From the human T2T-CHM13v2.0 reference genome, Homo sapiens: a DNA stretch of 64,000 nucleotides. The stretch lies in the NCBI RefSeq assembly GCF_009914755.1, contig NC_060930.1; one strand, written 5' to 3'. The position numbers were made by a program, and so were the translations under genes. The notes under the pieces were generated by a model. It was not told the DNA's origin and did not search any database. It saw only the letters and a list, made by a program, of their open reading frames with translations. Every line of letters starts with the position of its first letter. Positions within the stretch are counted from its first letter, which is position 1. Shown here in pieces: positions 28,253 to 42,744 of the stretch.

Positions 28253-29814
28253 GCTAACCTACTGTCTGCTTTTAGAGGGCGGCTTCTTTGTTATTCCCTA
28301 AACAATCACTCTAGAAATGCCTTGCAGTTTCTTACTAGTTTCCTTCTGCCTTTCTAGGTTACCATTGCCTTTTTCTTTTATTTCCAGTGCAGCAGCTGGA
28401 GAGGTACTGCTCCAGAGGCAACTTGCCATCTTGTCAGCCTGGAGTGGCCAAATGGACACTTTACATCCTATGATTGCTTTGGTCACCTGTGGAGATAAAT
28501 CAAAATGCACTCGGCATGTCTAGGTGGAGCAGTGACACTTCCAGGACTATTCAACAGAATTTGAAAATAAGTTGTCTATGCTTCTTGCCCACACAGCTCC
28601 CTTCTGCGGCCCCCTTCATCCTGCTTCAGAACCTTACTGCATAAAAACAAAGTTTCTGGTGAAACTCCTAATGATACATAAGACTGGAAAATGGTAATAA
28701 TTGTGTTTAACCCTGCCCCAAAAAAAGACAAAAAGAAAATAAGTATGTGTTCAAGAGACTTGGCAATTTTATCATCGGTAGCTGAATGTGCTAATAAATG
28801 TCCCAATGAGATCAATGTTTTATTACAGAGCCCTTGAATCTACAGCTATTTTCCCTCCCTGGAAAATGAAGAAGCAAGTAGAGTGCTCTTATCAAGCTGA
28901 GGCTGACAGATAGGCTGCTCTTTATTGCCACAAAATAGGCAGGTGTTTTTTGACAGTGCATAGTCATTGATAAATTCCAAATATCCAAAAAATATTTTTG
29001 ACCTAAAAGGTCATCTTTATTCATTTCTCTGTGTGTTCAAAAAAAAGACAAGATATACAGAATTAGAATCTTTTCAACAATGTCAGAAATCCAGGGAAGA
29101 AAAATATTCCTTCTTTTAATGTCTACACATGATATCAGCATGGTGAACTTCAGTTTGAATCTGTAATCTGAATGAGCAGCAATAAACATAACATGGAGCA
29201 AGCAGAATGACAGTCAAAATGTGGCAAAATGCAGCATAACACATTGTCAGAACACTCAGTGTACAGTAAAAATATGGGGAAAATATTTGAATGATTGTTT
29301 CAGCATGTCTTTGAAAGTTCTTAGAGTCCTTTTTGTGATACAACAAAAGCAAAACTTAAGCCAATGCATTTCATTGAACTTTTAAAGCAAACAGCCAACA
29401 GCTAGATTACCTTGATTTGCAGAGAACTGCCAGCTAACACTGTTTATTGCATGCATCACTTTTTGTCCACAGCACTGTGGGTCTTTATGCAGGCTCAAGA
29501 GATCAAATGCACTCCTGCTCCCACCAGGGTCTATAGCTAAAGGTCCAAGAAGAAAGGCTGTATAGCCAAAGACAGAGATATGAACATAGATTATTTTAAA
29601 AAATCAAATGCTTTCACTCAGAGAGGAAATAGCTCAGATGGTTGTGAAGTACATCAGCTGTGTAGAAAGAACAATTAATCTGATGGTTATTTTCTCTGGT
29701 ATGTGACAGCCTTGATTCCAAGAAGGATAATGTCTCCTGCTATGCTGCAGAATTTGTACTACATGTAACACTTGTTTTCCTAAAGCAATTTGATTAATAA
29801 TCTTTTCACATCCA

Positions 29815-30010
29815 GAGGCAGGTAGAGTGGAAAGAACATGGGCATTGAAGGTAAGCAAACAGGGTTAGAACTCTGGATATGCCACTTATTCTATATATGA
29901 CCTTGGACAAGTCACTTGGCCTTAGCCTAAGTTTTCTCAGCTGGAATGATAACCACCTCATGGAATCATTGGAATAAAGTAACACATGTTTAAATCAAGC
30001 AGCGGACTAT
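29815..30010 (+). mobile_element. MIR SINE
   Basis: GTGGAAAGAACATGGGCATTGAAG...TGCCACTTA...TGACCTTGGACAAGTCACTT. Confidence 0.7.
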
Positions 30011-31317
30011 TAACTTTATTATACTTTTAGTCTCTTATTTGGCCTTCTGAACAATTCAGTCAGGTGGGAGAGCTGGTACTAAGGTTCTTTTTTTTCTGTA
30101 CATATCACATATGTTCAAAGACAGAGCCAGGAAATAAGTCTCCCCACAGCTTGCTTTGGGTTCCTTCTACTATATACGTTACGATAACGTCACTAAAATG
30201 GCTGCAAACTTATAAGAAGTAGGCAGGTTTGCACTGAGTTACTCATGAGCTAATCAAGTAGTCTTTTGTCTTTATTGTGTCAACACCTATGATCTGTAGA
30301 GAGGCAGGAAAGCATTCAGCCAAATACTAATACTATCACTGAGAATGCCAAAGGCGAAAGGAGACTATGGTGAGATCCCAGGAATAGTGGAGACAGGTCA
30401 TCTAAGTCTCAGCTGGCTAAAATAAATATGAAGCTGAGGTCAGTAGGAGAAGCAATTGGAAAGTAATATTTTAGAAAAGGTAAGTAAAAGAAGCATAGTC
30501 TAAGTGCATTTTGAGGACAAGGCAGCAGGGGTTGATGAAGATACAAAAGGAAAAAATCAAGAAGACTGTTCAAACAGTACAGAAATAACATTGCTCAAAG
30601 TGGTCTTCCAGAGGCAGAGCTTCTTTTGAAGGTCCATTTTCTCAGCCCTAGAATATTGTCTCTACTCATGGGAAAGGCATAGTGCTTTGAGACAGCATTG
30701 GATACTCTGTTAGTCATCACTTGAGGCATTTCAAACAGGAGACACTTAACACAGGGATTTGGCTTCCCAGTAATTAAAGAGTTGGGAAGCCAAACAGAGG
30801 ATGAACAGGCAACCCAAAGATTAGCAACAGCAAGCAGACTGTCATCTCTACAGCTCTCTAGAGACGCAATAGCAGAGGTGGTACAGCTGGACTACAGAAG
30901 TCAAATCCAGCCAGCAAGGGCTAGAACTGTAATCTTTACCCAGGAAAGCCTAAATAGTGGAAAAGGGGGCTGACTTGTAGGAGTTGGAGCCACAGAAGAG
31001 ATGCAGCTGCTGCTGGAGATACCACTTGAGGTAGAATGAGGTGGGGGGAAATACCCTGGCTTGTCCTCACTGCCTCAAATCTTTCTCCAATGTCTCCCAG
31101 TGGCCAGAGCTAGCCGGAAATCAGGTAACTTAGGAGTCAAGGAAACACAGCCTGACCAAGTCCTCCCACAGCAATATAGAGCCCACAAGTAGAAACTGAG
31201 AGAAGAATTTGAGCAAATAACCAGCATGGATACCACGCTAAAATTTTCCATAGCCTCTGTCTTCTTGTTCTCATCTCTTGAGCTAATAAAATCAAGAGAT
31301 TTCTGGGTCAATCTCTT

Positions 31318-31399
31318 TGTAACAAACCTGCACTTTGTGCACATGTACCCTAAAACTTAAAGTATAATAATAATAAAATAAAAAATAAATAAATAAAAA
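31318..31399 (+). mobile_element. Very short young L1PA 3' end
   Basis: TGTAACAAACCTGCACTTTGTGCACATGTACCCTAAAACTTAAAGTATAATAATAAT plus A-rich tail. Confidence 0.9.
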
Positions 31400-32318
31400 G
31401 AAGTAGATATTCCCTACTCCAGAATAACATTCAAGTAAAGTCTGTATACAATTGCTCTATTATTTTACTTGTTTGATTTTTGGGGTGCTTTGTTTTAGGG
31501 AACTCTGAGCTTAAAGAAATTGGAAAAAGTCATTTTTGTCATACTCACTTTTGTGAGGGTCTAGCACAGTATCTGCTACTTACCATGTTTTATGAATGAA
31601 TAAACTTAAAGAGGTAAAGTACTGTATACCTTTTGTTACGGTTACTATGAGTAAATTCAAGGACTTGTTATAATACCTCTAAAGATGTTTAGAGTATAAA
31701 TTATCAATAAGATGAGGTCACCCAAATATGTAAGATCCAGGAAAATCTTAACATCCAAATAAAAAATTCAAATGTTTTATAGTCAAATAAGGTGATTTTT
31801 TTAAAACCAAATTCATCTTTTGCTCACACTAGACTCCTCACAATCTTCCTAGTGCACCAAGCATCTACACATTGCTTCCATTCTAGTTTTGTCCTTAACT
31901 GTGTTTTCCTCCCATTTCTGCTTCTTCACATGCATCAGTATTAAGGTGGGAGTGGAGATGGGAAGTAAGAATAAATAAAATTGGCTCTATTGGAAGGACT
32001 CTGAATATCCCCTTAGCACATAGGTCAATACTGGAAAGAGAAGCACTCTTTTTACTAATTCTTATTCTCTCCAGGACAGCATGGTCACCAGACATCCCTA
32101 ATTAAACAAGGTACTCAGGAGATAAGCAAAGGGAGAAGAAGGGAGATCATGGCAAATATATGAAGCTCTCTATGCCCTGTCTGCCAGAACTTTTTTGAGA
32201 TGTGTATGAAGAGAATGAGAAAGATCTAGGGTGTAAAAGGCTGTTTTTACAACACTGGCAAAATTAGTGCAATGGGGTCCAGGAGCCTTCCCTCCTCTCC
32301 TCCAGATTACTGTCTGCC

Positions 32319-32812
<494 letters not shown>

Positions 32813-33532
32813 TCCTCAATACATTATCTGTTTCGTTCACCTTGCAAAGATGTGCTTAGTAAGTATTTTTAAATAAATAAGTACATTAAAGAGTACCATA
32901 CTCTGGCTCCCAAGATGAACTTCCAGTTTGTCATTAGAAATTGGAAAAAGCATTCATCCAATTTGGTCTATTAAGAACTTGCTTATATAGTCAAGATCTC
33001 TTATTTATAATCCAACATCCCACAATATTCTTATCCTCTACTCCTCTTTATTGATTGTTTAGTCCATTTAGGAACTCATTTCTGTTTGTACAAACTCATT
33101 GGCTTTTTCATCTGCAAATGTTTACATTTACTTTAAATACAGAAATAAATTGGGTTCTATGAATACATTAATATGCCCTAAAATTATCTGACTTCCTGCT
33201 CTGCTGGCTAACCACAAGGAACTCATATCCTTGGTTTAGTCCCATTGTGTTCTTGTGGTTCAGAGTGCTCATTGTGCTACATGTGTGTTTTCTGCTGCAG
33301 ACACTATTTGCTGCCTCATACTTTTTTTCTGTGCTTTTTGGAAGAGGGTTATGTAGAGTTTTCCATCTTCTCTCCCTCAGTCATGGCAAATCATGGAACC
33401 TTGAAACTTCTTTGCATCAAACATCCCTCCAAATTCACTAATAAAGAGAGGGACTCCAGTGTGAGTATTTCACACTGAATATCAGTAAATTTTATATAGG
33501 ATGAAGGTATACCACAGCAAATGAGCTATGTT

Positions 33533-33714
33533 TTTCTGTCTTATTTTTTATTTTGGGAGGTTTTTTTGAGAGAGGGTCTTCCTTTGTTACCCAGGCTGGA
33601 GTGCAGTGGTACTGTCAAAGCTCACTACAGCTTCAAGCTCCTGGGCTCAAGTGATCTTCCCATCTGGGCCTCCCAGAGTGCTGAGATTATGGTCATGAGC
33701 CACTGTGCCTGGTC
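33533..33714 (-). mobile_element. Monomeric Alu (FRAM/AluJ-like)
   Basis: CCCAGGCTGGAGTGCAGTGG...CTCCTGGGCTCAAGTGATC...GAGCCACTGTGCCTGG; single arm. Confidence 0.85.
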
Positions 33715-34077
33715 AATGAGTTTTAGTATTCAGAAGATTTTGATATGAACATAAACCTACAGAATTTATACTGATTTTCTTAACACCATAATTACTAATT
33801 CTATACAACAGGTCTTCACTGTATTTAAAACTATCTATAGTTATATTTTAAACATTTACACAAGAGGGCATTTTAAAATTATTTAAGGTGTCCATTTAAC
33901 TTGTTTCTAACATAAATAACATATATAAATGAAAAGACTTCCAAAAAATACATATATAAAAACTGAATTTTCTTATAGTACACGAAGAACTTTTACATAC
34001 TATTAAATACTAAAGTGTTATTAAAGTTCCACACTAAAAAAATAATAATAATAAAGCCTTTTAAGGAAACAAGAAAT

Positions 34078-34381
<304 letters not shown>

Positions 34382-34665
34382 TTAGACAATATTAAAGGAA
34401 TACACCAATTGTAACAGTCACACATAAAAACTAATTAATCTTTATTTTAGCTGCACTTCAATCTTATACATAAATAAACTGCAAACTACACAACAAGTAC
34501 CACAAGCATTTTCCCCCATTTTGGCATACCAGTGACATAAGAACAGAAGTCCCCTTAAAAAGTTGTTCATGCACAATGTAGAAAACACATGTCATTCTAC
34601 TCAGCCACTCGCGGCTGAAAGGTAACAATCAATGACTTTTGCTCTCTGAGTCCTCTTATTGCTTA

Positions 34666-35091
<426 letters not shown>

Positions 35092-37863
35092 TCAAAGTAG
35101 GCATGTGCCCGTGGTGGCCCAGGTTTCTGTTAGACTTTGTTGCCTCCAAGATAACCACAAGATTCACTTTAATGTGAAAGACAGTGGATAGGAAGCAAGA
35201 ACCCTGCATGTTTCACTTTTGCTGAGGATGACAGCAGAGCTATTTGCTTTTCAGGGTCACAGCCTTTTGAATCTAATCTCTGTGTATAGATCCGGCCCAG
35301 ACAGCAGCAGGGACTTGGCTAGAGAAGCTCCTAGGTGTGGTTGGACGGTCACTCCTTGGAGGGGTGGTTTGCAGGCCTCTTTGCCTATCCTATGAGGCCC
35401 TTAATTTTTATTGAGAAAGTTCTTTGTCTCATTCAGCAAGAATGGGCTCTATTGAAACAGAATCACCTGTGTGATACATCTCTTAACTTTTTGCTTTTGA
35501 AATCTGTCCATGAGTGACCAATGACCAATTGCTCTTATCCTACCTACTGCCTAGTTTGGTCTATGTAAACTGCTTGTCTGCTTCTAATGTGATAACACTC
35601 AAACTGTTAGATCATGCTCTGAACTTGGGCATGGGCAGGGAGGAGCAGGTTGGCTCTCATGTTTCTGAGCAGGTGTTGTTTCTTGGCACTTTTACTAGCC
35701 TATTTCCACTTTCACAGATGGACTTAGAAAGTCTATGTGAGAATTAAAACATTCCCATTGAGCAGTTCAGGAAAACTCTAGTAATATGGTGAAAATGATA
35801 TGACTTACTTCATAAAAATATCTTCTTGACATCGTATGTGACACAACAGGAGGTGAAGTAAATGCAATTCTAACAGTGTGCTTTCCTGGGTATTGTGAAG
35901 GGTCTGTGAATCCAATAATACTTCTTTCATTTCTCACAAATATTTTCCTCTTTTCTTATGTTTGGATTTTGTCATAACAAGAGCCATGGAAGAAAATATA
36001 GACAATATATTTGTACATTTTCCATTTTTAATAGTAAATTTTATTAAATTCTTAAACCAGTAAACTTATCTTAAGACTGAGCACTCAAGCAATAACCCAA
36101 GATCATAAAACAAATTGATGTGGAAAAGATTTACTTTATATGAATTGAAACAACAGACAATTTTCAGACGCATGAATATCTGATGCTGCTTATCTATGGT
36201 AATATCTGAGTCTCATTACCCTTAAAATGAGGGTTTTGTATATAGCCCCACCATAATATGCTGTACTTCCCTTCAAATCAATAAAAAGATGCTGCTATAT
36301 GGATTCTTTTGGATTGAATGTTATTCCTGTACCCTCACAAGTGATTTGCACTGCCAGTTAAAATGAAGCACACATTTGACCAAGATTGACAATGCACTGG
36401 AATTGCATATTGCATTAGCTTTAATTAAGTTATCAGAATCTATTACAGGGCTACGTATATGTCATTTCTTGAGACCAGCTTTGCAGAGAAAATCTCATTT
36501 ACTAGTAAAATTGTTCTTTTGCTTAAAAGAATGAGCAATCTCCTTTCAAAAGAGACACAGTGGACAAAGCCATATAATGAGCTCAGCTACTTGTCTACCT
36601 AGTAAGAAATTTCTCACTCATCCTCTCCCTGCCTCCTAGAGGAGCGTGCTTTGAGGCTTACTTCCTATCACAGGGCAGTCACATAGCTAGGATGGCAGCA
36701 GCCCGCCACAGGGGACTGCACACAGTAGGCACAAAGACATATGGTTTCTGCTACCAAATTATAGGAAACACTAGGAGTCACACAGCAGCAAAGATACAAT
36801 TTTAGAGATGTCATTCCAACCAGAGCCATATTAAGCTGTTGGATTCCAGGATGCTTGCAGTGAAATTGGTTGTCCTCTAAATGGTTTTGTCTAAAAATGA
36901 ATTGCTTTGTTCTGGGTTCAGAAAGGCATGAGAGGGAGAGCCTGAGTTCCATACCCAACCGTTGCCACAGACTCCAGCTGCAAGTACAGGGGCTGGTAAA
37001 ACAATAAAGTCGTCTTCTTTTATCACAACGCCAGATAGATTTTCTTTCTCTGGCTTCCAGACAAAATTCACTTATTATAATTATCTTCTGAGCTGGCAGT
37101 GACCACCATCTAAAACTTTATAAATGATCCAGTGAAACCCCGTTGAGCTGTCACTTATATCAAGCTGGGCAGGCAACTCTCTCCCTCACCACTGCAGCTC
37201 CAATGCACTCACGGAGGGAAGTACACATGTGATACATAACCACAGTGGGAAGGGAACTGCGGTAGAAACCAGCATATTGCAAAGCACACATGAAATTCCC
37301 CTTTGGCATATTTTATGAAACCTAAGTTGACATTTTCAAGCCCAGAGGAGGAGAGTTTTGCACCAAATACTGTGTAAAGAACAACTGGGAAGTTACCCAC
37401 ATAAGTGCTATTTGCAATCTATAATTTAATTATTCTGATGTATTATTAGCCATCTGCAATTCATGTCAACTTAAATACTTGTATTGAAAACCCTCTGACA
37501 TCTACAATGCCATCTGAAATAATTTTTTCAGTGTTTCCAATAACATTTGTTCATTCATTCTGCCTAAATTTATCCATGTTTCCCTTTAACTCTTCTTTAT
37601 TCTCTCTTTTAAAACCCTTATTAATGAAGAGGGATTTGATAGTACGCCTAGCCAAAGTAAAAAGTGTATATTTTTCCAACATGGTAGTTTTATGACATTA
37701 ATTTTATATGTAGAATAATATGGGACATCTTGAATTTATTTATACACATAATTTTTATATTCAGGCCATTGAAAATGAGCAAATTTTATATACTTCTTTC
37801 AAACCATGTATCAACTGTACATAAACTGCCTTATAAAATTAAGTTACTGAAATCAAGGCTTTA

Positions 37864-38207
37864 CATAAAAACAAGGAGATCATGTCCTTTGCAGGAACAT
37901 GGATGGAGCTGGAGGCCATTATCCTTAGCAAACTAACATAGGAACAGAAAAACAAATACTGAATGTTCTCATTGATAAGTGGGAGCTAAATGGTGAGAAC
38001 ACATGGACACAAAAAGGAGAACAACAAACACCAGGGTATACTTGAGGGTAAAGAACGGGAGGAGGGAGAGGATCAGAAAAAATAACTATTGAATACTAAG
38101 CTTAGTGCCCAGGTGATGAAATAATTTGTACACCAAACCCCTGTGACACAGTTTATCTATATAACAAACCTGCTCATATACCCCTAAACCTCAGAGCTTA
38201 GAAAAAA
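37864..38207 (+). mobile_element. L1PA (PA13-16-like) 5'-truncated 3' end
   Basis: GATCATGTCCTTTGCAGGAACATGGATGGAGCTGGAGGCCATTATCC...; perfect 15-bp TSD GAAATCAAGGCTTTA (37849-37863 and 38208-38222). Confidence 0.92.
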
Positions 38208-38959
38208 GAAATCAAGGCTTTAAATACTTCTGTCCTAATTTAGCTCTTACCTACATAGTTTTAAATTAAACAGGAAAAAGGTATAATATACATTTACTTT
38301 TCACAAATTGATATCAAATACATCTTTCGAATCTCATATGGTGCTTTCTAGACCATAGATCAGGAAACCTAATCTCAGTTGGGTTAAGTGACTTATTCAA
38401 GGTCTCACACAGCTAGTAGCTGGAGGATCCTGGATCTATCCTAGTGTATCTTAGCTATCGTCCGTAACTTATGCTTTTTCTCACCCTCCCCCCTGCCACC
38501 CCAAAGTGTGCTGCATCAACACTGGTTTGCCAACTATTCTTCAGATACATTAAGACAGACAAATCAAACACCCTGCCTATACATATACTGTCTTCTGGAT
38601 TTTCTAACTGATGAGCCAGTAGCTGAAACTGACATACAGATCTTACAGTGTAGATATCTGTATTACGCAATGAAGGACAGAGGTAGAGAGAAGTGGGGAA
38701 AACAAAAAAAGCATCAGAGAGACCTGTATTCCTGACATCACAAACCTCAAGTCCTCAGGTGGAGGTTATAAAGGCAGGACCCAAATGCCTGTCAGCTGCA
38801 ACACATACAGCAACCCAACTGTGCAGGCTGGAAAACAGCAGTGTCACAGTAGACACTGCAGTGAGAGGCAGCCCAGTAGAGCACACTGCACCAGACCAGC
38901 GGCTCTCAGCAGGTCTCTGAGTAGCATGGAATATCATCCTACGCCAATGAAAGATCATG

Positions 38960-39367
<408 letters not shown>

Positions 39368-40260
39368 TCAGTGGATGCCAGCACGGAGGACTGGCCATGC
39401 TCCTGGCCCAAATATATGAATGTCCATGTCAGAGACACCACATGCACAAATACCAGAACCAGATATCCTCCCTGCCATCCAGAGGCTGTTTCTACATCCA
39501 GAACTAATTCCAGGGAGAAAGAAGGGAGACGAAATTCTGAATTAATATGCGGATAATGAACATGTTTCTTTTTGGCCATCAGGCAAAATAGAGGTACAAA
39601 ATAGAGAATACAGTTGTTATAAATGAATAAAGTTTCAGCAGGTACCTTTGAGTACATGACCTGAAGCTTTACAACGTCTACACAAGATGAGTAGTAGTAG
39701 TTAATTTCTTTTTAGAAAAAAAAGAAGAGGGCATTTGTCCTCTGAATTTTAAATTAAAGATATTCCATTTCAAATATAAAGAATAAAAATTCTTGCTTCT
39801 TAAAGCAGCAATAATCCTTTAAGATCATTTTGCAAAATGCACTATTTCCATATCCCTTAACCAAAATCATAATTTCTTGTTTGAGGAGACATCTAGGTTT
39901 CTAACCAACTTTCTTCTATTTACCAGGTTTTAGGACATACCTCATTTCAGACTTGTAAGGCATGTGAAACTTTGTTTCGCAATGTTTCCAAAAAGAAGAT
40001 CAATATCCTGATGTTGGGATGTGAGAACAGAGAGAGAGATTTGCCACTCCAATATTGCAACATGCCTCCCCCAGCCTTACAAAATAATATGTTTTAAAAC
40101 TCCATAAGTGGAGACGGTGGGTTGGAAAAATATAACTCATCCATAGATAATATAATACAAAATATGACAGAGAAGCATAAGTCACGGTTCTTTACTTTTT
40201 CCTGCCAAAGTAAACTTTATAGATATTTTTATCAAAACAAAAATTGGAGTCAACCCGTGA

Positions 40261-40276
40261 TTGCCATCTTGTGGAG
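40261..40276 (-). promoter_or_regulatory. Candidate CTCF motif
   Basis: Minus strand CTCCACAAGATGGCAA resembles the CTCF core; motif only, occupancy unknown. Confidence 0.3.
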
Positions 40277-41029
40277 AAGTCCAGCACTACCGTGTCAAAA
40301 TATGTCCCTGAGGTATTGAAAAACGCCTCTGGAGATTCTTCAGGCACTCCTTCCATTATTTAATAATCTTTGCCGCAAATAAGCTCTGCCTTATAGCTGA
40401 CCTAAATCCCTCGGGTTATCTCCTGTAGATAAGGGGAGAGCTGCCACCATTTATTGAGCTGTAATGCTTTGCATACTCAGTCAAGTTATCAAACCATGCC
40501 GGTGACTTTACTTCTCCAGGTTAAAAAGTTTCATATTATCTGACATTTCCACCTTACTACTATGTTCCAGCTCTTGAGTTTCCAAACTGTTTAAAACTTG
40601 CTCTGCCTGTGTTTTATTTTTTTGGTCACAACTCTGTCTACTCCACTTTGTGAGGCATTTGACTCATTTCTGTGTTATTTGGGGAACACCCCTGAGACCT
40701 TCTGCGGGGGCAGTACTGGGTCTGAGGGTTTGGCAGCTTCGATCATCCCTGAAGGCATGCAGAGAGTCCTGTGGGGAGCCCTTACACCTTACACTCCAGC
40801 ACCTCTGGGCAGTTGCCAAGGGAACCAAATCACGACATGGACATTCCAGAATTACAAACATGCAATTAAATCTATCGAATAAGTTCACCAAACAAATATA
40901 TAATGAAATAATTTTTAAAATTCCAAAACATTGGGCAACTTCCCTTTTTTTTGATCACTCCATTCTGTAATCTTGACTTTGCATTTTAGGAAAGAGTTGT
41001 GAAAGATGCTCTTTCTCCCTAACCCACAT

Positions 41030-42515
41030 CCTCTACCATTGGTCATTCAGCAAATCCTATCAGCTCTACTTTCAAAATGAGTCAACTATGACCATTTCTC
41101 ACCACTCTGACTACCCAGATCGAAGTTCAAGCCAACACCATCTCCTGTTTGGATTTTTGCAGTAGCCTTCTAGCTGATGTCCCTGGTTCTACTCATGCCT
41201 CCTGCAGTCTATTCTCAATACACAAGCTGGAGTGACCCTGCTGAGGCACAAGGCAAATCCTATTACTCCCTCCCTTGCTTAAAACCCTCCCACAGCTCCT
41301 GTCACTCAGAATAAATGCAACAGCCTTTGCTACGACTGATAAGGCCTTCAGAAAATTGACTCCCATTCTCTCTCTACCTCATCTCCTACACTCTTTCCCA
41401 AAGTCACTCTGCCCTCACCATACTGGCCTCCCTGCTGCTCCTCTCACACATCAAACAAACCTGCTCCGGCCTCAGGGCCTTTGCTCTTACTGCTCTCTCT
41501 GCATGGAAAAGCCTTTCCCACAATATCCTCATGACTTGCTCCTGCATGGTCTTCAGGTCCTTTCTCAAAAGTAATCTTCTCAGTAAGGCCTTCCTGGAAA
41601 TCCTACCTAAAATACCATTTCTTCTCTCGTTTAATACCTTGTTTGCTGTATTTTTACTCCTTAGCATTTACATTCTACTAGCAAATATTTTGCTTCTTTT
41701 TCCTGTTTATTGTTCTTACAGTTTTTTATTGCTACCATAACAAATTACCACAAACTTAGCTGCTGAAAACAACACAAATCTATCAACTCACAGTTCTGTA
41801 GGTCAGAAGTCCAGCGGTCTTTGTTGCTTCTTTTGCTCCAATTCTCAGAAGGCTGAAAGCAAAGTGTCAGGCTGCAGGGCTTTTATCAAGAGTCTCTAGG
41901 AAGAATCCACATCCAAACTCATTTCAGTTGTTGGCCAAATTCAGTTCCATGTGATTATAAGACTCAGGCCTCCATCTCCTTTTTGCTTGTCAGTCAAAGT
42001 CTTTCTCAACTTCTAAAGGCTGCCTATATTCCTTGGCTCATGGCCGCCTTCAAAGCCATCAAGGGAAAGTCTAGCCTTTCTCAGGCTTTGAATCTCTTTG
42101 ACTTCCCCTTTTGCCTCATCTCTCCTGCTTTCCTCTTCTGCTGCATCTCTTTGACTCCAGCTGAAGAAATTTCTCTGATTCTCAGGGCTCAAGTGGTTAG
42201 ATTGGGCCCACCTGGGTAATTCAGGCCCCTCCCTCTATTTTGAAGTTCTTAAGCTTAACTACATCTGCAAAGTCCCTTCACAGCAGTACATAGATTCGTG
42301 TCTGATTGAATAGCCAGGAGATAGGAATCTTGGGTACCATTTTTAGAATTCTGCATTGTCAAACTAACTCCCATGTTGTAAGACTACCACAGTAGAATAT
42401 AAATCCCATGAGGGTGGAAATATTTCAGTTTTGTGCAGTGCTATATCTCCAGCACCTAAAAATAGTGCCTGGGACAAAGTAGACAGAAAACAAATAAATG
42501 TTGGATGAATGCATC
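41030..42515 (+). mobile_element. L2 LINE 3' region split by an MLT1 LTR
   Basis: CAGCAAATCCTATCAGCTCTACTTTCAAAAT...CCTCAGGGCCTTTGC; resumes at ~42385 AGAATATAAATCCCATGAGGG...AATAAATGTTGGATGAATG. Confidence 0.8.
41705..42360 (-). mobile_element. MLT1E-type solo LTR
   Basis: TTGCTACCATAACAAATTACCACAAACTTAG...CTCACAGTTCTGTAGGTCAGAAGTCC...ACATCTGCAAAGTCCCTT. Confidence 0.8.
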
Positions 42516-42611
42516 TAATCCAAGCTTTCTTAATATGAAGATGTGAACTCCGCAAAGTGATGTATAAAATATAAGTAGTGTGCAGACATGAGCACATTGT
42601 TTCCAATTCTT

Positions 42612-42744
42612 AAAATGACAATATCCCCCAGTTTTCCCAAGATAAATCTTGTTTGTGTCTGTTCTCTCAGTGTAATTATTCACCGGACCCCACTTAACCT
42701 CTCAAAGTGTCCAGGTTTGTAAGACAAATTACATAATTTTCCTA
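42612..42744. mobile_element. MER94 (hAT-Blackjack) MITE
   Basis: TGACAATATCCCCCAGTTT...TGTAATTATT...CTCTCAAAGTGTCCAGGTTTG...AAATTACATA..CCTA. Confidence 0.65.

Noticed and set aside
28370-28510. Possible minus-strand terminal exon (TTATCTCCACAG|G with AATAAA about 100 nt downstream)
   Set aside because: The acceptor is modest, an equally plausible acceptor exists on the plus strand, and there is no recognisable protein; not supportable without transcript data.
30700-31230. GC-richer block that may be an old LTR (similarly 47820-48470)
   Set aside because: Could not assign a family, termini or TSD by eye.
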